Assembly (NCBI GenBank): GCA_950097015.1
Contig: CATNEN010000001.1
Coordinates: 6,510,001 to 6,574,000, forward strand
Source of the DNA: Macrostomum hystrix
Lineage: Eukaryota; Animalia; Platyhelminthes
Length of the DNA: 64,000 nt
Direction: 5' to 3'
This document shows positions 34,528 through 46,496 of the stretch, piece by piece (the first letter of the stretch is position 1; each line of letters begins with the position of its first letter). Below the pieces are notes generated by a model that saw only the letters and a program-made list of their open reading frames with translations, was not told where the DNA came from and did no database searches. Both the position numbers and the translations under genes were made by a program.

Positions 34528-35777
34528 CAATTCCTATTTATGTGCCCATGTTGACCACATCCATAGCATTTCCCTTGGTTCCTGCTCTGGTGCAGTTGGC
34601 GCTGTGGCTGTTTCAGTAGTGCTGGTTGATAAGGCCTTGCGTTTGCAGATGTTTTAGTAGTTGCTTGCATGTGGTTAGATTGAGAGTCTATTGAATTGCA
34701 TTGCTGACTTCCCATATGTGGGTAAATTGGCTTAGTGTTTCTTATTATATTGCTTCTTTGTGCACTATGTGTAGATTGACTTTGAAGTAGCAACTGTGTC
34801 TCTCGAACTTGTTGCGCCAGCTGTAGGGCTTGTTCTGGTGTCTTAAGGTGCAATTGGTTAGACAAATACTCTGTTACCTTTAGGTCACCAATACCTGCAA
34901 TAAATTGGTCAAGCACCATAGTTTGGACTACTTCACTATTGGCGTTTTCTGGATAAGCTTGAATGGCTAGATTTTGTAAGTTTGTCAAGAATTGCTCAAA
35001 TGTTTCATTAGGCTTCCTAGTTAGGGTCCGAACTTCTCTTCTAAGAACAATACTAGTTTTCTCACCTTGTCTACTCTTTAAAAATTGCACACATGAGTCA
35101 TAGGTAGCATTTGGCAGTTGTTCAAGAGGTGTACCTAGAGGCATACCTGCTGATGCACATGCATTTGCCAACCAGGCTCTATAAGAACTAAAGACTGGAC
35201 CTAAGAAAGCAACAAGTGTTTGAATTTTGATAGCATCAGTCAAGCTAGGGAATCTGCAAAGATAATTATCGATTCTAGCAATGAAATCAGAAAAATCTTC
35301 CTTGCCATTAAATGGTGCTGGCTTAGGCACAGGAGGAATCTGGTAAGATGTTGGCATAGGCTCAATGCTAGTGTGCTTTTGTGCTTGAAAAATTTGAGGC
35401 ACTGGGCCTAAGAAAAGGCTAGGATTGGTAGCATTGGTTGGCTCTGAATCGGCAATACATGATGCTTCATCTAAAAATGGATTAGTGCTTCTTGATAAAT
35501 TGTGGTTTATCCACTCTTGAACTCTCATATTTTCTTGTGCAGATGATGATGGAATGTATGGTTCTCTATGACCATAATCTATATGGAAAGGATTTGTTTG
35601 TATTGTTGGTTCAGTTCTATTGATTTGTTCTGGTGGGTTAAAGAATGAATAGACTGCATTTGGGTTTGACTGGAAGTCACCAGATTGGCCTGGCCAAGGG
35701 TTGGATTGAATTGGCACAGGTGCTCTCTGAACTGATCGATTTCTTAATTCAATTGTGTCCATTAAGTGTTGAGACAT
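34458..35777 (-). CDS. Gag (single CCHC knuckle)
   Basis: ATG at 35777. PAPFNGKEDF, LDQFIAGI, CYGCGQHGHINRNC. Confidence 0.93.
   Translation of the reverse strand: MSQHLMDTIELRNRSVQRAPVPIQSNPWPGQSGDFQSNPNAVYSFFNPPEQINRTEPTIQTNPFHIDYGHREPYIPSSSAQENMRVQEWINHNLSRSTNPFLDEASCIADSEPTNATNPSLFLGPVPQIFQAQKHTSIEPMPTSYQIPPVPKPAPFNGKEDFSDFIARIDNYLCRFPSLTDAIKIQTLVAFLGPVFSSYRAWLANACASAGMPLGTPLEQLPNATYDSCVQFLKSRQGEKTSIVLRREVRTLTRKPNETFEQFLTNLQNLAIQAYPENANSEVVQTMVLDQFIAGIGDLKVTEYLSNQLHLKTPEQALQLAQQVRETQLLLQSQSTHSAQRSNIIRNTKPIYPHMGSQQCNSIDSQSNHMQATTKTSANARPYQPALLKQPQRQLHQSRNQGKCYGCGQHGHINRNCPNANQAGSRGRFQPRVPTAPPL
34468..34527 (-). promoter_or_regulatory. -1 programmed ribosomal frameshift signal (slippery heptamer plus H-type pseudoknot)
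   Basis: C CCA AAC in gag frame (34527-34521), 8-nt spacer, stem 1 GGCUGGA/UCCAGCC, stem 2 GGGGCAG/CUGCCCC. Pol is in the -1 frame. Confidence 0.88.
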
Positions 35778-36162
35778 CACAAATGAAATGTTGAGCTAAG
35801 ATCTTTATTTAACTTAGCCTATTAAGACCAATATTACTAGTTTGAGTTTGAAATGTAGTTTGAAACAAAATAAATTATTAGGTCAATACCAAAGGAGAAA
35901 TATGTCATTAATGAGATCTAGGCCTAGTTAAACTGTAGTTGCAACATGCAATAGGGCCAACAATCAAGAGACTAGCTCTAGACTAACTGAGATTTAGTGA
36001 GACAATATATAACCAGAAAATACAGATAAAGTGTATGTAGATATTAACAAATTTCGATACCAGAGAAGAGGCTACTCAAAACTATACAAAGTAAATGAAT
36101 TTGAATCCAGATTATATCAAAATAGCTAATAGATTCCAGCAGAGTCTAACATTTAGAGTATG

Positions 36163-36180
36163 GTCCTGGCGTGGTCGCCA
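36163..36180 (-). promoter_or_regulatory. Primer-binding site, tRNA-Arg-type
   Basis: TGGCGACCACGCCAGGAC, 2 nt after the 5' LTR. It resembles the complement of tRNA-Arg 3' ends (...CGUGGUCGCCA). Confidence 0.8.
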
Positions 36181-36182
36181 TT

Positions 36183-36654
36183 TGTAATGAAATTATTGGT
36201 CGGTGGTCGCCATTTAAAATGAATTGTAAATCGTTTTGAAGGGCTGCAGCTTAATGTAATATAATTAGTAATAGGGCCTACTTCTGTTATATAAATTACG
36301 CCGCTTTGCTGACGCACGCGCTTACAATATAGAGCAAGATTAGTTAAAGGTGGTTATATTAATCTTATATACTAAAATTATAATCTAATGTTCGAATATT
36401 CTAATTATCTAAACTTAGTGGCTAATCCCGATGCGCACGCGCGGGTCAGAAAACCGGTTGCAACTGGTGTCACTTTATATTTAACTTGTCAAGCGTAGAT
36501 TTAACAAATACTAAATACATAATTAATACAAACATCCGTACGAAAATACCGGTTATATGAGAAGATGATTAGCATAAATTTAGTTGTAATAACAGTACAC
36601 AAGAAATATTTTGATTTTAATAACAATTTAAAATAGACTAATTATTTCATTACA
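36183..36654 (-). repeat. 5' LTR of gypsy element 2
   Basis: Direct repeat of 29036-29507. Confidence 0.96.
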
Positions 36655-37586
36655 TGATATTTACAGGAACTCTTGAAATACAGGAAGAAGTTTTCATGCA
36701 TTTGCCGTTACCGATATCGATATGGACTATGATCTATCGATTGTGAGAACAATTGTTCTGTGTAGCAGCATCGGTATTGTTAATACAGTTATATTTTCCT
36801 ACCCATTTTCTAATCTAATTTTATTATTTTTCTAGAAGTGAAACTTCAATTACCTTAGTTGCTTATCATGTTGCGTCATTTGAGAATGGTGACATAGACA
36901 CTTTTTTAATGTGGATTTTTTATGATTTTTATAATGCCAAAGACAAATCGAAATTACTTTAAACTGATAAAAAAATATTATGGAACAACTTGTTTTTGTT
37001 GAAATTCACATGAAATTATAACAACATATTATTATAGTTGCCAGCTGTTTCTAGTCTGTCACTACAAGAAATGTATGTTGTAGAGTTTAAAATTGTAAAA
37101 TTTATTGAGCATATTTCTGCTACCAATTTAGTTAATTAAAGTAAACAGTAAAATAATATCCAATCAAATATATTTTAAAGCAACATTTTTACTTTTTTTG
37201 TAACAATGATCTAAATGTATTTATGTTTATAGCATGAAAACATTATTATCAATTTTAACAATCTTAGCAATCCAAGAATAAAAGGCTAGGTCAATAGTCA
37301 GGTGCCTTACATTGAAAATTATTACTAAAAAGAATGTAATTATAGAAAATCCTTTAAATTAGCTCTTTAGCCAAAGTGAACTATTGAATACTATTGTTTT
37401 AAATTATCACTTAAAACAGACTATATTCTTGAACTTTTTTAATTTTATTGATTTTTTCTGTTTTAATTGCTGATCATTTTAATAGTTTAATTAGCTTCTC
37501 ACTTTTGATAATATGTTCATTTGCCTTACAACAAAAAACTATTATTTTACTATCTTCAGCAGAATCAAGACACCAGCAGCACACAG

Positions 37587-40500
37587 ATGTGGTTAGATGA
37601 CCAGTCAGAAGAATTTGTGGACAGCCACCCCAGCTGGTCAGTGGTGCAGTTAATACTGGCTGCACTGTGCTGCATGTCGCTAGCCGCATTTGTTAAACTG
37701 CAAGAATGCTTCTACTTTGGCTCTGGTTGGACCCTGATGGGTTTTATTGTCTTTATACTGGTCATAGGCTGGCCAATGCTATATATTCAGATTCGCCTTG
37801 GCAACCAATATCAGCGAGGCATGCTTGGATTGTTTAAGAAATTCTTTCCAATTAGCTTTGGTGAGTGTGGCTTTGCTTTTAAATAAATATAAATGCAAAT
37901 TTTCTAGTCCTGGTTTTTTTAGATTAAGAGAATTAAAATTTTCCCTGTATGTCCTAGTGTTTGTTTAGAATACACATTCTAAGTTGTGGCCTATTTGTTA
38001 GAGCATTGGGCTTACGACTTGAAGGTTGATGGTTCGAATCCTAACTCCCCTGTTCAGAAAAAAATTGTATATTTTATCAAGATATGAATTTACTGGGGTA
38101 ATTGAGGTGGGTGTTGTATCTCCCCTGTCCATGGACTGAACAGCCATACAAGTTGTACAAGATCTGCGACTGCACACATGAATGGGACAGGTGTAGCAAA
38201 TTATTAATAGTATTTTACAATTAGTAATATTACTAGCAAGTTTTGCCCCCCTTGGTGGAGCAGAAATATTTTTAATTCGTCCAGTATAAACTTTTTAGCA
38301 GCTGTATTTTCAGCTTTTTTTTAGGCTACCATGATCCCCCAGTTGACAATGATCCCCCAGTTGACAATGATCACCCAGTTGAAAATGATCACCCAGTTGA
38401 AAATGATCTCCCAGTTGACCATGATCCCTCATTTGATAATGACTCCCCATTGATGATGATCCCCAGTTGACAATGTTCCCCCCCAGTTGACAATAATCCC
38501 CCAGTTGATGATGATCCCCCAGTTGACATTGATCCCCCAGTTGATGATGATCCCCCAGTTGACAATGATCCCCCAGTTGATGATGATCACCCAGTTGATG
38601 ATGATCAGTTGATCACCAAGTTTATGATGATCAGTTGATCACCCAGTTGATGATGATCACCCAGTTGATGATGATCACCCAGTTGACAATGATCACCCAG
38701 TTGATGATGATGAACCAGTTAACAATGATCCCCAGTTGACACTGATCCCCCAGTTGATGATGATCACCCAGTTGACAATGATCTCCCAGTTGACAATCAT
38801 CACCCAGTTGACACTGATCCCCCAGTTGATGATGATCCCCCAGTTAATGATGATCACCCAGTTGACAATGATCTCCCAGTTGACAATCATCACCCAGTTG
38901 ACACTGATCCCCCAGTTGATGATGATCCCCCAGTTAATGATGATCACCCAGTTGATGATGATCACCCAGTTGATGATGATCACCCAGTTGACAATGATCT
39001 CCCAGTTGACAATGATCTCCCAGTTGATGATGATCACCCAGTTGATGATCACCCAGTTGATGATGATCACCCAGTTGACAATGATCTCCCAGTTGACAAT
39101 GATCTCCCAGTTGACAATGATCTCCCAGTTGACAATGATCTCCCAGTTGACAATGATCTCCCAGTTGACAATGATCTCCCAGTTGACAATGATCTCCCAG
39201 TTGACCGTGATCAGTTGACCATAACATTTTTACTCACCTCCAGGTCTAGGATTGGCCATGATCATTCGCAATCTGATCAGCATAATCTACATCTCTGGCG
39301 TGATGACCCACTGCCTGTCGTACATCTTCTTCTCCGTCTATCCGTGCGACAGTCGCTACTGCGTTGGCGCCAGCTACATGTGGGGCAGCTGTAATGACGA
39401 ATGGAATAAGAAAATTGAGTGCCGACCGTGAGTGCCACCTTTTATTGTGATTTTTTATTAATGAATAGATTTTCTGGATTGTTCATTGGATAATATGGGA
39501 TCTGGGATACTTTATTCACAGTATAACTACCAACCCTTAAAAAAATTTTCTGCACCCGAACGGAGAAACGCAAGCACACGAAACTCGAGAACACGGGCCA
39601 ACTTTTTGTTGCGCATCTTTTGAAACAAGAATCAAGTCGTCAGCTCTTTAGACCGTCGAGATATTCAAATGGTTCTGGCCGAAGGTCTGACTTTTCCCCA
39701 TAAGCGCTAGTGTATTTCATAAACACGAATTAGCACTGCGCCTCAGTGCGGCCTTGCCAGGCCTTCAAAGTTTATCAGCGCGTTACCGGAATGTGCCTGC
39801 ATCATCTCCGTCTTCGGTGGTCACCTACCTTTATCTGGACGAACTGCTGGACCTTCGAGGGCTACAACTGGTGGAACTAGGCCACTATGGACACCCTGAC
39901 GCGAATTTCTCCTATTTCACTGATGAAGCCTAAATATTAGGCGCAGCTCGACCACAGGACACCATCGCCTAGTCTGTCAACCAATCTGGAAATGTGGAAT
40001 GATTTTATAGGCTATTGGATTTAGTGTGTTTTTTATTAATATTCGAGCAAATTTTTTTAGTTGTGAAACGAGATTCAAGATATAAAGTAATTACGATTAT
40101 GTTAATACATTTTTGTTCGCAGCATTATCGCCAAGACACAGCAGGGTCCAACGCCGGAGGAAGGCTTCTACCTGTACTACAACATGGACATCAGCAATAC
40201 CATCTCTGACATCTGGTTTCCGCGCTGGTTCCTAATGGACGGCCTAGATGTTGTGCCGCATCTATTAAACTGGGTTTTCATCTTTTTGGTAGTTATTTGG
40301 GGACCAAAGATTCTTGGCATCCTGCTGTACGTGTTAGCGCCACTAGCTCTGATCCTGTTTCTGATACCGTTCGGTATTATTATCGGCAACGCGTCAAAGG
40401 ACCAAATGACTACTTATTGGCAACGATTCTATCGCAATTTCGATTCGACTATACCGTTAAATAGGCTGGCTTGGGATACGTTTACTTTTAGTCCACCGAT

Positions 40501-43500
40501 TTGGGGCCTGCTGGCTACCGTTGTGCAACTCGCTAGCATGATGCACCTGTGGCACGGAGTCTGGCCTTCCATTGGCTCCTGGGTGCCCAGAGGACGGAGA
40601 ACTATGCAGTTCAGCTTCTTTGGAGTGTTGCTACTGTTTGGTTTGGTAGTGCAGCTGCCTACACTGCTGGCCGTAGTCTGCTATGCTGCTGGTGAGTCTA
40701 ATGAGTGGGTAAACTGATTGGCAGAATTTATAGAGTTGGCAGATTGATAGAGTGTGAAAGGCAGATTGGTAGAGTGTGACATGCAGATTGTTAGGGTGGA
40801 GTAGACAGTTTGGTACAGTGGAGTAGACAGTTTGGTACAGTGGAGTAGACAGGTTGGTACAGTGGAGTAGACAGTTTGGTATACAGTGGAGTAGACAGGT
40901 TGGTACAGTGGAGTAGACAGTTTGGTATACAGTGGAGTAGACAGTTTGGTACAATGGAGTAGACAGTTTGGTATACAGTGGAGTAGACAGTTTGGTACAG
41001 TGGAGTTGACAGTTTGGTACAGTGGAGTAGACAGTTTGGTACAGTGGAGTAGACAGTTTGGTATACAGTGGAGTAGACAGTTTGGTACAATGGAGTAGAC
41101 AGTTTGGTATACAGTGGAGTAGACAGTTTGGTACAGTGGAGTAGACAGTTTGTTACAGTGGAGTAGACAGTTTGGTACAGTGGAGTAGACAGTTTGGTAC
41201 AATGGAGTTGACAGTTTGGTACAATGGAGTTGACAGTTTGGTACAGTGGAGTTGACAGTTTGGTACAATGGAGTAGACAGTTTGGTACAATGGAGTTGAC
41301 AGTTTGGTACAATGGAGTTGACAGTTTGGTACAGTGGAGTTGACAGTTTGGTACAATGGAGTTGATAGTTTGGTACAGTGGAGTAGACAGTTTGGTACAG
41401 TGGAGTTGACAGTTTGGTACAGTGGAGTAGACAGTTTGGTACAGTGGAGTAGACAGTTTGGTATACAGTGGAGTAGACAGTTTGGTACAATGGAGTAGAC
41501 AGTTTGGTATACAGTGGAGTAGACAGTTTGGTACAGTGGAGTAGACAGTTTGTTACAGTGGAGTAGACAGTTTGGTACAGTGGAGTAGACAGTTTGGTAC
41601 AATGGAGTTGACAGTTTGGTACAATGGAGTTGACAGTTTGGTACAGTGGAGTTGACAGTTTGGTACAATGGAGTTGATAGTTTGGTACAGTGGAGTAGAC
41701 AGTTTGGTATACAGTGGAGTAGACAGGTTGGTACAGTGGAGTAGACAGTTTGGTATACAGTGGAGTAGACAGTTTGGTACAATGGAGTAGACAGTTTGGT
41801 ATACAGTGGAGTAGACAGTTTGGTACAGTGGAGTTGACAGTTTGGTACAATGGAGTTGACAGTTTGGTACAATGGAGTTGACAGTTTGGTACAATGGAGT
41901 TGACAGTTTGGTACAGTAGAGTTGACAGGTTGGTACAGTGGATTAGACAGGTTGGTACAGTGGAGTTGACAGTTTGGTACAGTGGAGTAGACAGGTTGGT
42001 ACAGTGGAGTAGACAGGTTGGTACAGTGGAGTAGACAGGTTGGTACAATGGAGTTGACAGTTTGGTACAGTGGAGTAGACAGTTTTGGCACAGTGGAGTA
42101 GACAGTTTGGCACAGTGGTGTAGACAGTTTGGCACAGTGGAGTAGAGCGGGTAGATTGGTGCATAGTGTGGTATGCAGATTGGCAGACACACTAACTCAC
42201 ACCCGTATCCCACTAATTTCGCAGTATTCGACCTGGACTATCTACGCTGTCACGTGGCCTACAGTTTCGCCCAGCCGTTCACCCTGATTCCGCACATCCT
42301 GTCCAGACTAGCTTTGAATAGAGCAGTTGGAGTCTGTTTCTTCCTGAGCTTGTACCTGTTTCTGCTGCTGGCACAGTCGCTAATCTTTGTGGCCTCCTCT
42401 GATTCCATTGTTGATTATCTTCGATCGAAATATCGATCTGTTGAACAGCGCCAAATGCGTTCCTATCGACTGCTGACCGGTCTCACCTGTCCGGTATTGT
42501 TCGCTCTCAGCTTTCCATTCATCATCAAGTCGGGATTCTGGTGGCTTCGACTAATGGACAACTTTATGGACCGTTTGATGGTGCTGATTGTACTAGGAGC
42601 TGGTATTGGATTCTTCATGGCCTATTATAGAACTAAATCTGCTTCTCTGGTGCCACGGCTGCTATGCCTTATCGCCCTGGGCCTGTCTGTCGTTCTGTTT
42701 GTGGCCGTGTACTTGTGGTAAGCCTGCTGTGCTCAATAATTCTGTGTCTACTCCCTTCATCTCTGTGTGTCTGCTCCCTTCATCTCTGTGTGTCTGCTCC
42801 CTTCATCTCTGTGTGTCTGCTCCCTTCATCTCTGTGTGTCTGCTCCCTTCATCTCTGTATGTCTGCTCCCTTCATCTCTGAGTGTCTGCTCCCTTCCTCT
42901 GTGTGTCTGCTCCCTTCATCTCTGAGTGTCTGCTCCCTTCATCTCTGTGTGTCTGCTCCCTTCATCTCTGTGTGTCTGCTCCCTTCATCTCTGTGTGTCT
43001 GCTCCCTTCATCTCTGTGTGTCTGCTCCCTTCATCTCTGTGTGTCTGCTCCCTTCATCTCTGTGTGTCTGCTCCCTTCATCTCTGTATGTCTGCTCCCTT
43101 CATCTCTGAGTGTCTGCTCCCTTCCTCTGTGTGTCTGCTCCCTTCATCTCTGAGTGTCTGCTCCCTTCATCTCTGTGTGTCTGCTCCCTTCATCTCTGTG
43201 TGTCTGCTCCCTTCATCTCTGTATGTCTGCTCCCTTCATCTCTGAGTGTCTGCTCCCTTCATCTCTGTAAGTCTGCTCCCTTCATCTCTGAGTGTCTGCT
43301 CCCTTCATCTCTGTGTGTCTGCTCCCTTCATCTCTGAGTGTCTGCTCCCTTCATCTCTGAGTGTCTGCTCCCTTCATCTCTGTGTGTCTGCTCCCTTCAT
43401 CTCTGTGTGTCTGCTCCCTTCATCTCTGTGTGTCCGCTCCCTTCATCTCTGTGTGTCTGCTCCCTTCCTCTGTGTGTCTGCTCCCTTCATCTCTGAGTGT

Positions 43501-44374
43501 CTGCTCCCTTCATCTCTCTGTGTCTACTCCCCTCATCTCTGTGTGTCTGCTCCCTTCATCTCTGTGTGTCTACTCCCCTCATCTCTGTGTGTCTGCTCCC
43601 TTCATCTCTGTATGTCTGCTCCCTTCATCTCTGTATGTCTGCTCCCTTCATCTCTGTGTGTCTGCTCCCTTCATCTCTGTGTGTCTGCTCCCTTCATCTC
43701 TGTGTGTCTGCTCCCTTCATCTCTGTATGTCTGCTCCCTTCATCTCTGAGTGTCTGCTCCCTTCATCTCTGTGTGTCTGCTCCCTTCATCTCTGAGTGTC
43801 TGCTCCCTTCATCTCTGAGTGTCTGCTCCCTTCATCTCTGTGTGTCTGCTCCCTTCATCTCTGTGTGTCTGCTCCCTTCATCTCTGTGTGTCTGCTCCCT
43901 TCATCTCTGTGTGTCTGCTTTCGTTACTTCGTTACTTCGTTACGTTACTTGCTTCCGTCGTTACTTTCAAGGTACGCAATCGCTGTGAACGACGAGCCCA
44001 CAATCTCCAGCTGTCACTATGCTCAGCCTGAACGCGGCGTCACGCCTATACCAGCCTCATTCAAGACCATCGGCTGGCTGGTGTCAATCGGCCCGCCTGT
44101 GCTAGGCATCCTCATCGGCGTGCCACTGATGCTGTTCGGTTCCACCGATGGCGGCGGCAGCGGCTGTGGCAGTCGTTGTAAACGTCTATTCTATGGCGAC
44201 TTCCTGCCGGAAGAAGATCAATTGGCCCAGCAGAGGAAGCGGCAGCAGACTCAGCTGCACAGCACCAGTATGACTAATCAGTTTCAGCAGCAACCGATGC
44301 AGCAATATCAGATGTCTAGCAGGCCGATGACTGCCACTTTGCAGACTAGGGGCGGCTATTCGTCTGAGATTTGA
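37587..44374 (+). CDS. Highly divergent SLC6 (neurotransmitter:sodium symporter)-family membrane protein, ~640 aa
   Basis: Exons 37587(exon opens 37560)-37860, 39244-39427, 40123-40691, 42225-42717, 43972-44374 (1923 nt, phases consistent). SLC6-like landmarks in order: GWPMLYIQIRLG, PISFGLGLAMI, WGSCNDEWN..C, TPEEGF, WGPKILG, PFTLIPHILSRL, SGFWWLRLMDNF, IGWLVS. Start codon uncertain. Confidence 0.8.
37985..38205 (+). mobile_element. tRNA-derived SINE (copy C, decayed)
   Basis: GTGGCCTA..GTTAGAGC, GGTTCGAATCC, CCATGGACTGAACAGCC, GGGACAGGTGTA. Confidence 0.75.
38233..39220 (-). mobile_element. Helitron-like element with 18-bp minisatellite (copy B) in SLC6-like intron 1
   Basis: Minus strand reads array, unique tail, GCTCCACCAAGGGGGGC, AAAACTTG, CTAG|T. 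Homology with copy A stops right after CTAGT. Confidence 0.65.
40796..42144. repeat. 22-bp minisatellite (GTGGAGTAGACAGTTTGGTACA)n with 24-bp +TA variants
   Basis: Direct inspection; fills SLC6-like intron 3. Confidence 0.96.
42740..43918. repeat. 23-bp minisatellite (CTGCTCCCTTCATCTCTGTGTGT)n
   Basis: Direct inspection; fills SLC6-like intron 4. Confidence 0.96.
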
Positions 44375-44878
44375 GCTTCACCTATAAGCAATTCATCGAT
44401 TAATTAAAAAATGTTCATTGAGTTTTTGTATAGAATATTGGGTGAAAACGGTTTAAAAATCTGTTTTTTACACTTCTTTCACTCAATCAGTAAAAAATTT
44501 TATTACAAAATTATGTGTATTTTAACAAAAGGCATGCATTATTATTATTTTTTTTATCGATTTAAAATTCTGTGTACAAAAACAGCTTTCTAATTGACAT
44601 TTTCAATTCAGTTGCGTACATTCCGCGTTTTTTCTTTGTTTTAGTAAATGCCTGCTCCGATTCCAAAAAACTGTTTTCTAAGCAGCATTCCAATGTTTTT
44701 ATCAAAACACTCAACATTCCAAACTGATTTAGATTTTGTTTCTTAGTTAGTTATATGGTGTTCTTTTGTTCCTATCAAGGTTTTTATTATCTGACAAAAG
44801 AATTGTTTTTTTGCCTACGACCTATGTAATTATATTGTTTTTTTACTTTACTTACTTAACTATATGCATAAACTTTGT

Positions 44879-45350
44879 GCATAACATGTTACACTGTTCC
44901 ATGTTTGCATAACATGTTACACTGTTCCATGTTTGCATAACATGTTACACTGTTCTATTGTTGCATAACATGTTACACTGTTCTATTGTTGCATAACATG
45001 TTACACTGTTCTATTGTTGCATAACATGTTACACTGTTCTATTGTTGCATAACATGTTACACTGTTCTATTGTTGCATAACATGTTACACTGTTCCATGT
45101 TTGCATAACATGTTACACTGTTCCATGTTTGCATAACATGTTACACTGTTCTATTGTTGCATAACATGTTACACTGTTCTATTGTTGCATAACATGTTAC
45201 ACTGTTCTATTGTTGCATAACCTGTTACACTGTTCTATTGTTGCATAACATGTTACACTGTTCTATTGTTGCATAACATGTTACACTGTTCTATTGTTGC
45301 ATAACATGTTACACTGTTCTATTGTTGCATAACATGTTACACTGTTCTAT
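44879..45350. repeat. 28-bp minisatellite (GCATAACATGTTACACTGTTCTATTGTT)n
   Basis: Period 28 (44881 to 44909); each unit holds the palindrome TAACATGTTA. Confidence 0.95.
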
Positions 45351-45899
45351 GCGTTTTTACATTTTCCGCTGTCTTTTTATAATTGAAATGCTCATGTTGT
45401 TAAATATGTCATCTTTATTTTAATTTTATCTTCTGTTTGGGCATTGCAGTATAAAGTTTTCCTCTGGGTGTGTAGATGTCACTGCAATCATCTTTGACTG
45501 TCTAAAACAAACATGGTACATTCTAGCGTGTTTTTAACAGATTTTCGTAAAAAACTCTTGGTAACTTTATCTTCCTTTTTTTTATAATAGTGAAGCATTC
45601 ATCGTTCTTTTGCATTCATTGCTACTTGTAAGTAGTTTAGATTGAAAGCGTAAATTTATGTACATTTTGGCTGAAATTTATCCAATTTATTGTATATTCT
45701 TGAAAAAAGCTTAAATTTTCACTATTGTATAAGCGGCTGCTCTTATATTGTGTTTAAATAGATTATTTCTAACTGGATTGCAATGCAAGCTTTGGCGTGT
45801 GTGCGTCTTTGTTAATCAGTAGCATTGTCTGATAGTTTGTACAAATTTAATTATATCAGCTTTTTCAATTAACAGACTTTATCTATTGCTCCTTATTTT

Positions 45900-46221
45900 C
45901 TGTCTGTCTATCTGTCCGCCTGTCTGTCTGTCCGCCTTGCTGTCTGTCTGTCTTAGGTGTCTCTGTCTGTCTGACTGTCTGACTGTCCCTCTGTTTGTCT
46001 GTCTGTCCGTCTGTGTATCTGTCCCTCTGTCTGTCTGTCTGTGTGTGTGTGTGTGTCTGTCTGTGTATTTGTCTGTCTGTCTGTCTGTCTGTCTGTGTGT
46101 GTGTCTGTCTGTCTGTCTGTGTGTCTGTCTGTCTGTGTGTCTGTCTGTCTGTGTGTCTGTCTGTCTTTCTGTCTGTCTGTCTGTCTGTGTGTCTGTCTGT
46201 CTGTCTGTCTGTCTGTCTGAC

Positions 46222-46284
<63 letters not shown>

Positions 46285-46496
46285 GTGTCTGTCTGTCTGA
46301 CTGTCTGTCTGTCTGTCTGTCTGTCTGTCTGACTGTCTGTCTGTCTGTCTGTCTGTCTGACTGTCTGACTGTCTGTCTGTCCCTCTGTTTGTCTGTCTGT
46401 CTGTGTATCTGTCCCTCTGTCTGTCTGTCTGTGTGTGTGTCTGTCAGTGTATTTGTCTATCTGTCTGACTGTCTGTCTGTCTGTCTGACTGTCTGT
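45900..46496. repeat. (CTGT)n microsatellite
   Basis: Direct inspection. Confidence 0.97.

Larger units (their letters stand above)
29036..36654 (-). mobile_element. Full-length Ty3/Gypsy LTR retrotransposon with gag and pol in different frames
   Basis: 472-bp LTRs at 29036-29507 and 36183-36654 (TGTAATGAAAT...ATTTCATTACA) with no differences seen. 4-bp TSD TGAT at 29032-29035 and 36655-36658. PBS at 36163-36180, PPT GAGGAGGATGA next to the 3' LTR. Confidence 0.97.

Noticed and set aside
40631-43988. Long Cys-rich ORFs (up to 510 aa)
   Set aside because: Translations of the 22- and 23-bp intronic satellites.
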